In this document: positions 1 through 13,831 of the stretch, one piece after another
Layout of the letters: each line of letters begins with the position of its first letter
Position numbering within the stretch: the first letter of the stretch is position 1
Assembly (NCBI RefSeq): GCF_032062105.1
Contig: NW_026930272.1
Coordinates: 62,001 to 126,000 of the forward strand
DNA from: Saccostrea cucullata
Lineage: Eukaryota
DNA: 64,000 bases
Direction of reading: 5' to 3'
Program-made: the position numbers and the translations under genes
The notes under the pieces: generated by a model
What the model was told of the DNA's origin: nothing
The model's input: only the letters and a program-made list of their open reading frames with translations
Databases searched by the model: none

Positions 1-19
1 CTATTGGACAGTTCTAGTT
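1..19. mobile_element. Terminal fragment of the same repeat family as 36910-38276
   Basis: ctattggacagttctagtt is identical to the end of the element at about 38258-38276. Confidence 0.6.
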
Positions 20-134
20 ATAATTTCAATGGTCAAAGTCAAAGGGTCAAGTAATTGATATCTTTATTTAATTGTGGTGTGGGGTTTCTGTTCGACAGCT
101 AGGTCAGTAAATTTTATTTAAATTTCTTTCACAG

Positions 135-991
135 GTATTACAGCGACTAATCAAATCTAGAGGAAAATCCCAGAGTCGTAATATGAATGTACAGTTAGTA
201 GCTGCTGACAAACTGAACCAATGTAGTCCTGTAAGTAGAATTAAGGCTATTCATTTCATTTGGAAGAACTTACTTGCATATTGAAATAAATAGTTTTTTA
301 AATAGGTTGGACATTTTTCTGTTATTTTATTCGTAAATGTAATGTACAATATAAAAAAACACAGTATAAAATCAGAAAAAAAAATGGTGCTGTACAAGTT
401 ATTTACATTTGTCTTAACTTTTATTTCCTTTAATATTAAGTAAAGCTTTTATTTCTCTTGCAGGATATGTTTGATGTAATTCTAGATGAAAATCAATTGG
501 AAGATGCCTGTGAACATTTGTCCGAGTTCTTGGAGGCTTACTGGAAAGCCACACATCCAATTGACACGTCACAGCAGACAAAACTGATGCCTTCTCCTAA
601 TCCCATAAGCAGGCATAACACAGTGCCCCCTGGGCACCATGGACATGGGCACCACGGACATGGTCATAATGTTCATAGTTCATTTCGTGAACCTCGGCGA
701 CACGCTGATCATGAACACCATATACGTGGTAGTGATAGAGACCCAAGTCCTTCCCATGAAAAACTTCACGATCGCGATCTGAGATCGGGACACTATGACC
801 GTAGTGATTACAATCGGATGTCGCCGCGCGAATTCAATCGTAGAGACAACAGTGGTGACATGCACGATCCGCGGCGAGACGACCGGTACTCAAACAGGAA
901 GGAGCACGAACATTTTGATTCGAGAGAATCGTACGGTTCACCCACGAGGAATTCAAAATACCCCATGAAACAGCAGTCTATAGACATATAG
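135..991 (+). CDS. CACNB: Voltage-dependent calcium channel beta subunit, last two coding exons (5'-partial)
   Basis: Exon 135-230 (acag|...|gtaagt) encodes [32 protein letters not shown]. Exon 464-991 (cag|) encodes [32 protein letters not shown]..., the end of the GK domain of Cav-beta, then a low-complexity tail and TAG. Confidence 0.96.
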
Positions 992-3355
992 ATTTACAGC
1001 AAATCTTTGTGGGAAAGGAAAACAAAAACTTCCAGGGATTTTGCAAATAGTGCAGTGATCACAAAAATTCAAAGTGTTTTTGACCCCTATTTTGTTACAA
1101 GGTCATGTGCCATTGATGACCTTTGCCCCCTGTTAAGATGTAGATAGATCCCTATCTACTGTGGAGAGTTGCAGATCTGTCCTGGACACAGATTTTGTCA
1201 TCCAGTGTTTAAATGTGGTGTGAATGCCTTCCTGTGTTACAAAAGAAGATACGTATAGATTGCAGGTTTTCTTTTTTTTTTTTTTATAATTCGTATCAAT
1301 AGTTCTTGCAGAAATAGCCATATATAGATAGAACTTTATATCAGTTTTTCAAATTTTACAGAACTGAAAATCACGTGATAATTAATGATTATCATTTTGT
1401 AGTTTAACATGTTCTTCCCAACATTGCATGTCTGATTTTTAAAAGAAATTTCGAGAGCGAATAATACTTGTGTTGAAGAATTTGTTTGTTTGTATACTCA
1501 GAAAGTTGAAGGTTGTACATGTATATGGTTGTGATTCAGATCTTCACAACCCTTGTATGATTCCTGGAATAAATCATTAAGCATGACATTAAATAGGTTT
1601 TTTTGAATTTGACCACCTTTTCATTGTTTTAAAGATCATTGCTGTTCCTTGTTTTTCCCTGTCCATGTTCAGTTAAACATCTCACAAATTTTGCAGGCAA
1701 AATTATGTTTGTGACATGGTTATTAAAACAAGACAAAATTGTCTCCAAGGTGAAAAATATCTTCTGTAGTGGTTATTATTATTATTTTTTTTTTTTTGTG
1801 AAAGTGCAATAAATAGATTTTCATTCAAAATGGGGGAAAATGTGTATACTATAAACTTTGTTAGTGCAATTGTTAGTGCAACTGTTTAAATTCTCAGTTC
1901 AGAGTTATATTATTGTTTTCGATTTTTTTTAATTGGTACGTGTATATTTTTCTTGTTTACATTCTAAACCTATGGCTGGCCATAGTAGTATTTTTTCTCT
2001 TTTTTTAATTCAATTTATTTTTTAGCTCATATTTGCCCTCTTTGTTTGTTTACCCAGTCATTGTAGGATTGTATTCTACGCACACTCAATTAAATGTATA
2101 GGGGTTATTTCCCCTTCTACATAGAAGAATCTCATTTGTTTACTGGTACATGTAATATGAAGGTAGACAAACATGCTTCATATACCACAATTATTATGAT
2201 ATTTGCAAGGCCAGATCTGCAAAATGTTTTTTTACTGCATATACATGTACAACAAAAAATAGACAAGTGCTTTTTTATATACATTGATGAAATAATTAAT
2301 CAGTAGATATTAATCAACTGTCTTTACAAAATCAGAGTGTATATCAATTATAGCAGACACCTATCTTATATTTATTAATTGTACTGATGCACAAGAATGC
2401 ATTGCATTTTTAAGTTTATATTGAACAGATAGATATAAGATATATTAAGAAATATTAAGAAGAAATGATGTATGTTTAATAATTTTGTAAACAATATTGT
2501 ATACATACTTTTTGATATAATCGTCAAAATATTGAAACTTATCCATCTTGGTGATAAGAAGTAGTCAGTTAAAAGTATCCATACCAAATGATATGTAGTT
2601 TATTAACATAGTTTGAGGATAGCTTTTTTTTTTAATCTTCATAGTGTTATATTTTATGGAGTACAGTGTGTATGAATTAAATAGTCTTTCAAGAACTATT
2701 TTAACTACTCAATTAGATCTAATATTTAATGATTTATCAAAGTTGCAATAATTTATTCTTCCCATCCCTATGGTAAATCATTTACAGTTCATATAGTAAG
2801 AATGTATAATGTTGATTCAGTATCTTTCCTAGAATGAAAATGAATGATTTTGTATTTCATGAGATTTAAAAAAAAATTTATTTGAAGTTTGCTCATTTTA
2901 GTCAAGTGCGATAAAGTATTGGATGAAATGGTACAAATGCTTTTGCAATTTGTTCATGGAATACAGAGGCATATAAAAAACATTTATCACTTAAGCAAGT
3001 CTCTTCTCAGAAAACTGTGTGTATGAATGTTTTGCATGATGAGCTACATGTATGTCTTTACCTTAATCTACATGAAGTAAAATTTTGTTGACAAGGATAT
3101 TCCACACTTACTATGTAATGCATTTATATCTCCATTTTGTTAATGGTATGGGAATTGTTGCACTACCCTTTAAAATTATGTACATTATTATTATTCGGTA
3201 TGTCAATTTTATTAAATATTTCCAAGTTTGTTGGATTTGTAAATAAAACGGATTTTTATCTCGGAACGTTTGATTTCCTTATTTGTTGTTTGTTGCATTT
3301 AAAAATGTCTCAACCTCATTTATAGATTTTCTGAGGCAAAGGAACAATTTTGCCC

Positions 3356-3996
3356 TTTTTATGCCCGTTTCGAAGAAGGGAGGGCATATTGGTTTGCTGC
3401 TGTCTGTCGGTCCACCTACAGTTTCCGTTCATTTTCTTCGCAGAGGTTGCACACACTAAAATGAAATTTGGTAGAGATACAGATTTATCATTAGAATATC
3501 TGTTGGGAAAAATTCCAATTATTTGCAAATTTTTTGCAGAGGGGGGATTTATCACAAGATTATGTTGGATCTGTTTTGGATATAATTTAGCAATTTTTGA
3601 CAGAGTTATGCCCCGACTTAGAAATTCTATTTATTTGCTGTTTCCGTTCGTTTTCTTGGCAGATATCATGCATACTGAAATGAAACTTGGTATACATCTA
3701 ATTTATAACAAGAATAGCTAGGTCAGTTCTGTTTTGAATATGATTGATCAATTTTTGACAGGTTAAGTCCCTTGGACTTAGAAATAAAATTATTATTTGC
3801 AGATTCTGTTCATTTTCTTCACAGAGGTTTTACATACTGAAATAAAATTTGGTTTACAGTTTTATCATGTAAAGAAAATCTGGGTAAGTTACGCTTTGGG
3901 TACGATCGAACAATTTTTGACAGAGTTATGCCCCTTGGACAAAAAAAAAATTCAATAACTTGGAGGGGTCATACACGTTTCAAAACATCTCTTGTT
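3356..3996 (-). mobile_element. Non-autonomous Helentron/HINE-like element with internal tandem repeats
   Basis: Terminal hairpin region (atgcccgtttcgaagaagggagggcat), ctgt microsatellite, several ~150-bp degenerate repeats (atttttgacagagttatgcccc), and a cttgtt end. An inverted relative lies at 55187-55585. Confidence 0.7.
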
Positions 3997-5002
3997 ATTG
4001 GGATAGGGGCTCAAAATTAGGAGTTAGTACATGCATATGTTAATTTGATTTTAAGGAACATAAAAAAAGTAAAGAGCAATAGAGTTTAATCATACAAAAT
4101 ACATGTATGTTTTTAAAAAAAATCCCTATACATTTGTAAGGGGTGTTGTTTTCTGATACTTCTCGCATACTGAGACTTTTTTCCTCAGCGAGATTTCTCC
4201 TGGTAGTCTGACAGTGAGCCAATTCCCTGACTGGATTTGTAGTGAATTTTCCCGAGAGGAATTAAATACTTTAAAGCAGTTTTTCGGACTTGTCTTCCTA
4301 TATAACAATGCAGCCAATCTTCCTTGAAAAAAACTTCTAATTTTATAAGCATAAGAAATAACATTCTTACATTTTTCAATAACTAAACTATATATTAAGA
4401 CTGCTAGGGCCTCCTTCCCTTTTGATAGTGTAGCTTCCTCCAATTTACATACAGCGAAGATGCCAATTAATTATGTATGAAAATTGTTCCTCTATAAGTC
4501 GTTCTTTCAGTTACAAGAAACCTTCTTTTTGAAAAATACTGCAATGAATGAAGGGAAACTTTTAAAAAGCATTATCTTTATCTTTTGTGATAACAAGACG
4601 AGTTTGTTTTGAAGTTAAGTCCTTTTGAAAATGCTTCTGTCTGAAATGTAGAATCATATAAATGTTTTTACTCAATGCAAATCCACTCAGAACATAGCCA
4701 TAACTCATAACCAGTGTTTTATTTAGAAAAATAATTAATACTTGTCAACTGTATAATGAAAACCTTTGTCTGCAACTGCAAAAATTTAGATATATATATT
4801 TGAAGGTCTATAACACTGCTTTATTGTTTAAAGTGCAGTGTCCCTGTAAAATAAATACAAGAGAGGTTTTTGGATATTCTCTCAGTTACTGGACTAAAAT
4901 GACTATTCAGGCAACAGTAGATCTCTATAATTTTTTTTTGTATATAAACTGTGAAAAGACACAAGAAATATGTAAAATCAATTTATTAACATCTTAGTTT
5001 AA

Positions 5003-8000
5003 CTATGTAAACCATGATATATCTTTGGTACACATGGATCGCTCTCTGTTTGGGAGAATTATTCTTGGAATGGCTTTGCTGCTCCATTCACCCTGTAGAA
5101 ACAAAGGGAAAATTACAACCCAGTGTAAATATGTGCAAAATTCACCAATACCATTCAAACAAAATATTTTTGACTTGTAATTTGCAATTTTGATAAACTG
5201 ACCGGAAATCGGCTCCCGTCTGACTTATTGCATTGCATGGATATTGGTGCGTTTTTATACAGTAGTTGTAATGACGTCACTTTTGCAGGATTCCAATCCA
5301 CCGACTGATACCTCAAACCGACATCATCTACGTCATTTCTACTGAAAGTAAAAATACAATACAGTGAATAAATTTGTTGCATTTTTTTTGTCGTTTTTTC
5401 TAAAGATGTTTCTTCGTTAAATATGTTTTTGACTTTCATCAACTACATGTATACTGGGTACTGAAAACCAACTTTTATTCGCGACGACTTTATTTCGCGA
5501 TTTACAATAAAGGGATAAACTAGTTCGCGACTTTTAATTTTTCGCGATCAAGCCTTTTTGGATTTGTTGGTAGTTGACACAAAGACTTAAAGGACCGGTT
5601 TGCGACGAGAAATATTTGCGATGACGAGAATTTCGCGAAAATATCTCGCAAGCGAATAAACATTGGTTTACAGAATGTCTGGAGTTGTATGGTGTTCGCC
5701 GATGAAATTTTAGTATGTATTCCATTATTTGTGGTGACTGTCAGGTACATATATAGGAATTCGAATTTGATAAGCTGATTTATGAAAAATACAAGAAAAA
5801 AATATACAGTTAGTGTTAAAAATGACTGATGACCCCTTACGCTTTCGCCATCTTGAGGAACAGATCGAGAGTCCAGTCTGATATTGAACTTTTACAAACT
5901 TCAAGGTCACAGCGTGGATAGTAGTGAATGTAATTCACACACATTTCTTCTCGTATAGAAAAACCGCCCTAAAATAAACAGTAACTCATCTTTAAAATTC
6001 AAAGTATAAGGTACATGTATATTCTATAGCTTAGAAATACAGTGAAAGCTGTATAACTTGACACCTGTACAACTTGTTTCACTTAAAGTAGTACAAATCC
6101 TTTCTCAGTTATCTATGTTCTTTAAAATTATATTCAATTTTGTAAATTTAACTGTTTCCAGTAAAGATTTCATTATTAAAAATTTATGAAATTATGATCA
6201 AAATTTTTCTGAAAAAAAAAAATCTCTGAAAAATTTATTCTTCTAAATTTCATAGTAGTTACCAACGTGACCGCAGATCTATTCAAGGTGCTGTCAAAAC
6301 AAGAAGTAATCAAAGCGTCACCCTGAAACAAATGAAATTTCATATTTATTCAAACTCAAGCTTCAAACTACATTTATATTTTCAAATGGTATTTAAAGAA
6401 GTCCACTGCATAATTTACCGGAAGCACGTGGACGTGGCGAGGAAGCGCGCGGATTTCTTGGAAGTGTGGACTGTAGTGGTTATCTCTGTTTAGTTCCGGA
6501 AGTTCGATTCCGTTCCGGATGTGTTTTGTGTAAACCTTCCTTCCGGTTAAGTGAGTATGGAGCTGAGAGGCGTACACTCTGATTCCACTGTGTGGCAACG
6601 CCTTCAAGAAAAAAAGAATTAAATGAGAATTCTTGAAATGTTCCTTTTTTTTTAAATCTTTAAAACTGAAATACTCTGGGTATTTTATTGAAAGCGAAAA
6701 ATCAATATTCTTAAATCTCAACCCAAATCGTTTTTATACCAACGAAGTAAAATTAATCATGGGGATTTGGAAGTTTTTAAACAAGCAAACTGGCTCTGTT
6801 CAATCTTTTTCATTGTTCGTATTTTTCATTATTTTGAACTCGTGTGGTAAGTTTTCGTTTTATTTGTCTTCTCTATAAACGTATTTTACTGTAACTCTCA
6901 AAATACTTGGGGTAATAGTACACATCTTCACATACTATTCTGGTGCAGTCTGTTGTACAATATCCCGGCAGTTCAAACATCCCCTGGCCTGGAGGGATCG
7001 CCATTTTATTGGTGTACTCCAGACCTAACTCCATGATTCCGGAGTCGTACCGCCTCAGATGTTTTGTGACATGAAACCTTATTCCAGAAGAATCTATAAC
7101 CCCTATCAAAAAAGAAATGTAATTTAGTTTTTACAAAAATGCACAATTTCGAGTTAAAAAATTTCGATTTTAAAATTTTCTTTAAAGAAGATGGGTGAAC
7201 AAGGGGTGCAGAATGCTCATAGCTTAATCGAAAAAAAAAAAAACAAATATCTGAAGCAAGACATCTAGGACTGCAGTGGAATTGATCTGGTCTAAAAATC
7301 ATTTCATAGCTAAATCACTTAATGATGCTGTAACTGAAACATAGAATGGGCATACAGCTTTTCGGGTTTAACCCTGGTTTAACTAAAGAATTTGTTCTTA
7401 CCCGTTTTCAGACCTGGGTTGTTCAGATGTACCTCTAATAAGACATACTGTGACATGTGTGGGCCACCAATGGCTGTCCCTGCCTCGTTGGGCAGGTACA
7501 TGGCCTGTCAAAGTCCGAATAAAATACCTACATCTATAACATTCAAGTAACAAACTGAAATTTGCAGATTTTAATTATTTTGGTGCTTTTCACTCATACA
7601 GATGTACTTCTTAAAAAAAAAAAAAGAAAAAATAGGACTATTAACTTTTTCAAGATTCATTTTTTACAATAAAAATTACCAATTTCACAAACAATTATGT
7701 GAACAACGAATAAAACGCCGACCATCTGAAATTCCAGAGGTGGGATTAGGTGTCTACGAGGGGAAAGCATCCCTTGTCAATAAAAATTGAAACAATTAAG
7801 ATATGGATTCAACGCGCCAAACTGTAATAAAAAATACGTGAACCTACCGATGCTCCCATCGCCCAGGCTCCTATCACTTCTCGACACGCAGCTAGTTCTG
7901 GGGGTTTGCCCTCAGCCATACCCGGCCCATTGTATGACGTCAATGTCACGTGAGGACCCACTTGACAGTGAAAAACTTCAATATGGTGAACAAATTGTGC

Positions 8001-8273
8001 GTTTCCCTCTGTAATGATGCCTTCATACTGTGTAAAATAAGAGGTTTTAAACAATTTTTGGTCTTTTATCACGTGTAGCATCGGGTCTGAGCAAAATCAC
8101 GGCTATGTGCTTGGTGGGATATACTTTAAATTTAAAAAAAAATCATAAAAAATGGGTTCACCGTTCATATTCTGATATTTATCATCAGTTGAATTAATTT
8201 CAATTTTGAAAAAAAATAAAGCACCCCCTCCCGCTCCGCAACAAATGAACTTGTGTGTTGAACCTTTATTCAA

Positions 8274-8308
<35 letters not shown>

Positions 8309-10675
8309 ATTTTACCTTTATGATGTGGTGTTTTCTATCGAGTTTTGGAAGCTTGGTTACATACCACCAATAAGTTGTTTCCCGATCTGGAATTGTGATC
8401 TGTAGAATAAATTTTAAATATATTCCCAAAGCAATTTAATTGACAAATCTAAAGGGCAAACAAATGCCAGATGGATTAATAAATTGATAGTTTTCTAATC
8501 AATTACCGTTGTTTTCCGAATATGAATTCATTTCGGAAATGACTTAATAAACACAAATAATAAATTTATAAAGTTCAATCTCATTCACAATTTTGATAAT
8601 GAAATCAACCCAAGCTTTAACATTTAGTATGGACAAATATTTTCAATCTCTTCTTAATGAAATACACACTTCTCTAAATTCAAAATTTAAACCCCTATAA
8701 TTTAAGTTCTTTTGTTCCAGTAATTTCTTAACTTTTTTCAATTGAGACATAACATGAAATTTTAAAACTGACCTTTGGATTAACGATGTCGAATGACCAA
8801 GTATCAGGGGGAATTTCCGGATCCGGTAAATCTGGTTTCAGCAGCTGGACTCTTTGTAGACCGAACTTCACAGAAGATGGAAGCCTAAATCCAAACCTCG
8901 GAAAACCATTCCCCACACCAAAGATAACATGAGTGGTGCCTGTCTGATAAAAGTCACCAAGGTCACATTGGAATTTCATTTATTCTATCCAAGAACATTA
9001 ACTTATTTAAAATTCAACCCCATCCCTCGAAATAGAGCTACAGTCTCGTCACAGACTTTTCATTTAATCCGAAATTTCTGGTATTTTCATTTTTAAAAAT
9101 AAATTTTACATTTCCCTTAGAGAACAATTTCATTAAGATGGCACAACGAAATTAAACACATATTTCCTTGACAAGCAAAGTTTTGACGTTATAGATACTG
9201 AAGACACAAGCAAAAAAGTAGCTTTTTTTTAACAAATAATGTTATAGATCGGCAACCCCCCCCCCCCTCATCTTAAAGTCATGCATTTCAAGTATAAGAT
9301 ATAGGTTAGGTTACCAATAACTTAACGCTCCGATAACACACAAGAACAATATGCACTTTTTTGTGAAATTATTGATGTAATTCAATTAATCCGCTTTTCC
9401 AATGCTTGATAGTACTCATCAAAATCTATAAATTAAATCTGATTAGACAAATGGGTTTATATGCCTCTCAATAAAAATTGGCGCCAAACAGAATGACAAT
9501 ATGATTTACTCACATCAATGATGTAGTCTTTGGGGTCACAGGTTTCAAACTTTCTCTGAAATCTGAGAAATAATTTGTTGTGTTTCCATTCCCCAGTTGT
9601 CAATTTGTAGCTTTGCCGGTAATCCATTCGTAAAACTGCATTTCTATCTGTCCAACAATCCTGTTAAAACGGTAATACTAGTAAATAACAATAATTCGTA
9701 AATCGGGGCACTGATGAATTAAGATAAATGACGTGTGTAATCTGAATTGTTCAAGCTGTCTGAAATGACACCCCCCCCCCTTACTTCTTTTGAAATCTTG
9801 AGGGGAAAAAATAGAAACAGTGAACAAGACAGTTTGATATCATGAATATGTGGATTTTTTTTTTACTTTACTAAAAAAATTTTTTTGAATTCAATTTCAA
9901 ACCTTCTTCATAAAAAAATTACAAATAGATTCCCAAATAATGATACAATCCAAAGGCATATACATGTATATAGCTGCATAAATTGGTAGAAATTTTTGGA
10001 CATACTGGTACTTTCAAATTAATTGTAAATGATTGTAAATCATTTAAATAATGCATATTATTCGTATTAACTCTCTACGAAATTGTAAAGTTTCTCTGAT
10101 GCTCAAATTTTATCTTTTGGCAATTACATTAATAAACTGGGGGGGGGGGGGGGGGGTGCATAAACATGTACTAAAATTGCAGAAAACGGTATATTGCAAT
10201 TAATTTAACATGCATAGGTGAATATTAAGTATAGACGCCCCCGTAATATAACTTTCAAGCTCAAATATGTGACAAAGATATATAAGATATTGTGGGAGCT
10301 TTTATTGAATTTTCTTGATATTTGTTTAATATATAGACCTATTCATTAGGTTTATATGAACAACACTTTGCTATTTACATCCGATGTTTTGAACCTTACC
10401 TTGATGTGTACTTTATTGGAGTGGACCTCAAAAATGGCCAAATCCGCATCAATCACATCACCATAGTTCGAAAATCCGAACGCCACCCAATTGTGCATAA
10501 AAATCGAACCGCTTAACTCAAAATAAATTGTTTGCGAATCATAGTGTACTCCCCATCTTAAAACCAAATTTCTTTCAGCGTCAAGATCAACTTTGTACCT
10601 AAAATCGGAGAAACTTGATGCAGGGTGGATTAAAAAGACCAGTGGAATTAACGCGGCAAAAGAGATGGTATCCAT
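5003..10675 (-). CDS. DBH: Dopamine beta-hydroxylase / tyramine beta-hydroxylase-like copper monooxygenase, about 575 aa, 12 coding exons
   Basis: Exons (minus): 10675-10400, 9660-9514, 8943-8773, 8399-8316, 8027-7848, 7504-7402, 7102-6936, 6601-6419, 6322-6263, 5968-5841, 5341-5203, 5092-5003. All are GT-AG and frame-consistent. The protein has a signal peptide, a DOMON domain (RKFETCDPKDY), CuH ligands VHH and EVH, CuM ligands QLHTHLTG and EEMC, plus GIMELGL and DNHYSPHFQEIR. DBH versus TBH orthology cannot be settled without a tree. Confidence 0.93.
5459..5673. mobile_element. Short TA-flanked MITE (tactg...cagta family) in DBH intron
   Basis: Imperfect terminal inverted repeats (ctgaaaaccaacttttattcgc / gcgaataaacattggtttacag) and repeated tcgcga motifs. 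Related copy at 49892-50085. Confidence 0.6.
8277..8305. repeat. (TC)n microsatellite
   Basis: Uninterrupted TC dinucleotide run close to the DBH exon 4 donor. Confidence 0.9.
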
Positions 10676-12159
10676 TGAGAAATCTGCGGAAATCCGAAAG
10701 GTTTCTGGAATTTATACTGAATGACACGCAAAAATTAGTTATCGATCCACTACTTAATCTGATATTAGAATTTAAGATAATGCTGTTCCCATATTGGAAT
10801 TATCACTTTTACCACTTTTGCTATCCTTCTTCGTGTAATGATGAACACAATATTGGATTAAATTTTCAATTCATATCAATTAAAAAGAGCACATTTAGCT
10901 ATATTGTATCTTTTTCGAATTTTTTTTTCGCTTTACGATGCGAGATATGATGGCATTTCTGTATCAAATATCAAATGTTTTTTTATTCAGAACACATGAA
11001 CTGAAATCAAACATGAACACGATTGGGGTATTATGTCATATCTGACACTTTTATTGTTTCAATTTTATATCAGGGATACTGGTATTTGAATTCATGTACA
11101 ATACTTGTAATTCCATTGCAAGTTAAAAGAATGTGAACAAAATGAACATAAAATATTGCTTTTGTACTCTAAGATTGGCTCACCACTTTACTGCCTTAAA
11201 ACGGTACATGTACATTTGAAATATTGTACAACCATATACTTTCTTTTTTATAATTTTTTCCCATGGCATTAAAGAACGACTAAAATTTATGATTTTCCTT
11301 ATTTTAAGATTTTCACTATTTGTAGTATACACACGAAGTATAGGTAAATGTCCAAATGTTTGCCAAATCTTGACCACTGCTTACATTTTATAATCTGTTG
11401 ACAAAAGGATGACACACAGTCTATATGCCCCCCCTCCCCCCTCTCCATCCTAAATCTACTACTGGCGCATTGTGTTAGTTTGGGAATGCAAAACTTTTTT
11501 TTTCAATTTCTTCAATGAAAACTCTTATTAATTGGCATAATGAACTAAAGAATTCAATATAATGTTGATTCAATTTTCATTCAAAATCTTTATCATTTTG
11601 ACGGCATTGTATTTTGCAATAGGTATACGTATAGTTCATTCGATATACAAGAAAAAGTTCGATTCGGCCACGTTGTAACATTTTCCCAACTACAGTGAAA
11701 TACTTTTAAGAATCACAGATTAAGGAGATTACTGAATGATATAGTTTTTAAAAAAATTAATGTTGCATTTTCGTATTAAATTAAAAAATATATCAATGGA
11801 ATTTGACAACTTAATCGGTTTAATGGCAATGCAAACTTAATGGAGCGTTTCTGCACACCCTCATAATAAATAAGAAATAGAAGTGGCTTTTTGTCCCCCA
11901 CAAAGTACAAAGTACATTATTGTATTCAGTAGTCAGCAATTAATCATAGTGTTACGCTTATCCATTGACAGGTATTTCGTTATTCAAATTGACCTACAAG
12001 TGATGTGATATTTTATTACGCGTATTGTCTAATATTCCTTCTGGTGATGCTATGAGTGAAAGAGGTGAAGATAAAGAGCAGTGAACGAGCCTAAAAAGTC
12101 TATAAACAACACAATTCTGTAAAGAGGGTATTAAACACAGAACCATGATTTTTTTTTTT

Positions 12160-12920
12160 TAGAAAGGTCTTGTCAAACGCAATACAAAAGATTTTAGCCC
12201 GATGTCTTTTCATTCAAAAGTCATGACCAAGGTTAAAGTTTTAGAAAAGTAGGTCAAACTTCAAGGTCATCAAAATTCATAGTGTATTTAGAGAGGGAGG
12301 TCTTGTCACAGGTAATACACACATTTAATTTGAAAGTCCTATCTCTTCTCATTCAAGAGTTAGGGCCAGTTTTAAGTCATGTTTTAATTTTTTAAGAGTA
12401 CGTCAAACTTCAAGGTCAAGGTCTCAGGGTCAAAAATTATAATTGTATTTAGAGAGATCTTGTCACAGGCATTACACAGCTTTAATATGAAAGCATCTTT
12501 TCTCATTCAAAAGTCATGGCGAAGGATAAAGGTTTTGAAAAGTAGGTCAAACTTCAAGATCACGAGGTCAAATATCATAGTGTATTTAAGAAGGTCTTGT
12601 TACAGGTAATGCACATCTTTCATATGAAAGCCCTATCTCTTCTCATTCAAAAGTTATGGTCAATTCAAAGTAATGTTTAATTTTTGTAAAGAAGGTCAAA
12701 CTTCAAGGTCAAGGTCATCGGATAAAAAAGCATAGTAATTTTAGAATGGTTTTGTCACAGGTAATATACAGGTATATTATGAAAGTCCTATCTCTTCTCA
12801 TTCAAAATATATGATCATGGTTAAGGTTTTCGTGACAGACGGACAGAACTCCAGTCTGGCAGACTGACAGACGAATGAGATATAATGTCTCCTCGCTTTC
12901 GCGAAAGCGGGGGACAAAAA
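12160..12920 (+). mobile_element. Satellite-bearing Helentron/HINE-like element (aggtcaaacttcaaggtca family)
   Basis: About 5 tandem degenerate units of roughly 140-160 bp, a gaca/gacg microsatellite, and a 3' hairpin cgctttcgcgaaagcg followed by ggggacaaaaa. Confidence 0.75.
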
Positions 12921-13002
12921 GGTTTCACAATTAGTATTAAACAAGTCATTCAAGATACGACCCAAAGATAGGTTATATTTGCCAACAAGGTCATTATTTT
13001 CA

Positions 13003-13370
13003 TATATTATACTTTCATGTAAGTTAGTTGAATCTGATTGGTCGAGAAACATTTGTTAAAAAACACTACTACCCGCTGAATAATGAAGCCACGCCCTCCA
13101 GCGTAGCAACAGTCAACATTGCTTAACGACGGGTGGTATTCCAAAAAATAGCGACTGCGCAGAATTTATGCGCGCACGGTTCACTGTTAAATGTATTTGT
13201 ATAAAGCATTCAGTATAATATAGTAAATATAGCACGTAACTGAGTGTAACATTGAAAATTTTCACCTCTCGAAAACCATTGTCAACCTCGGCTGCGCCTC
13301 GGTTGACAATGGTTTTCTTGGGGTGAAAATTTTTAATGTTACACTCAACTACATGCAATATTTATATAAT
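13003..13370. mobile_element. Non-autonomous repeat with long internal hairpin (possibly Crypton-like)
   Basis: Near-perfect palindrome at 13241-13347 (tgagtgtaacattgaaaattttcacc...aaaccattgtcaacc / ggttgacaatggtttt...ggtgaaaatttttaatgttacactca). The family assignment is from recall only. Confidence 0.55.
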
Positions 13371-13831
13371 TGCAAACTTTGATAGAGGTTGCTGCAATAC
13401 GCCAGAAGTCTGTTGAATTTTCTTTCTATGTTGTCCTCGTTCTACATCGACCTCTATTCATTATCTTACCCTTTTAGCTCACCTCAACAAAGTTGGCATC
13501 ACATGTATATTGACTGTGATAAGACCTTACACTTTGACTTTTGACCTCGTGACCCTAGGCCTGGCCTTGAATTTTGAACTACTTTTCAAAAATTTAATCT
13601 TGGTCATAACTTTAATTTTAAATGCCGGAGAAAAGATAAAGATTTCACATTTTACATACATGTATAATACCTGTGACATGACCTTTCTAAATATACATTT
13701 CCGAGCATACTATGATTTCTAATTCCTTGACCTTGACCCTCATTTCTGACTTAATTTTAAAAAAATCAACTATGGTGATTCCTTTTGAATGACGTACGAA
13801 AGGTCAATCATACTTGAAACAATATGACATA

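Noticed and set aside
3350-3721. 123-aa ORF
   Set aside because: It lies entirely within a tandem-repeat HINE-like element and has no recognisable domain.
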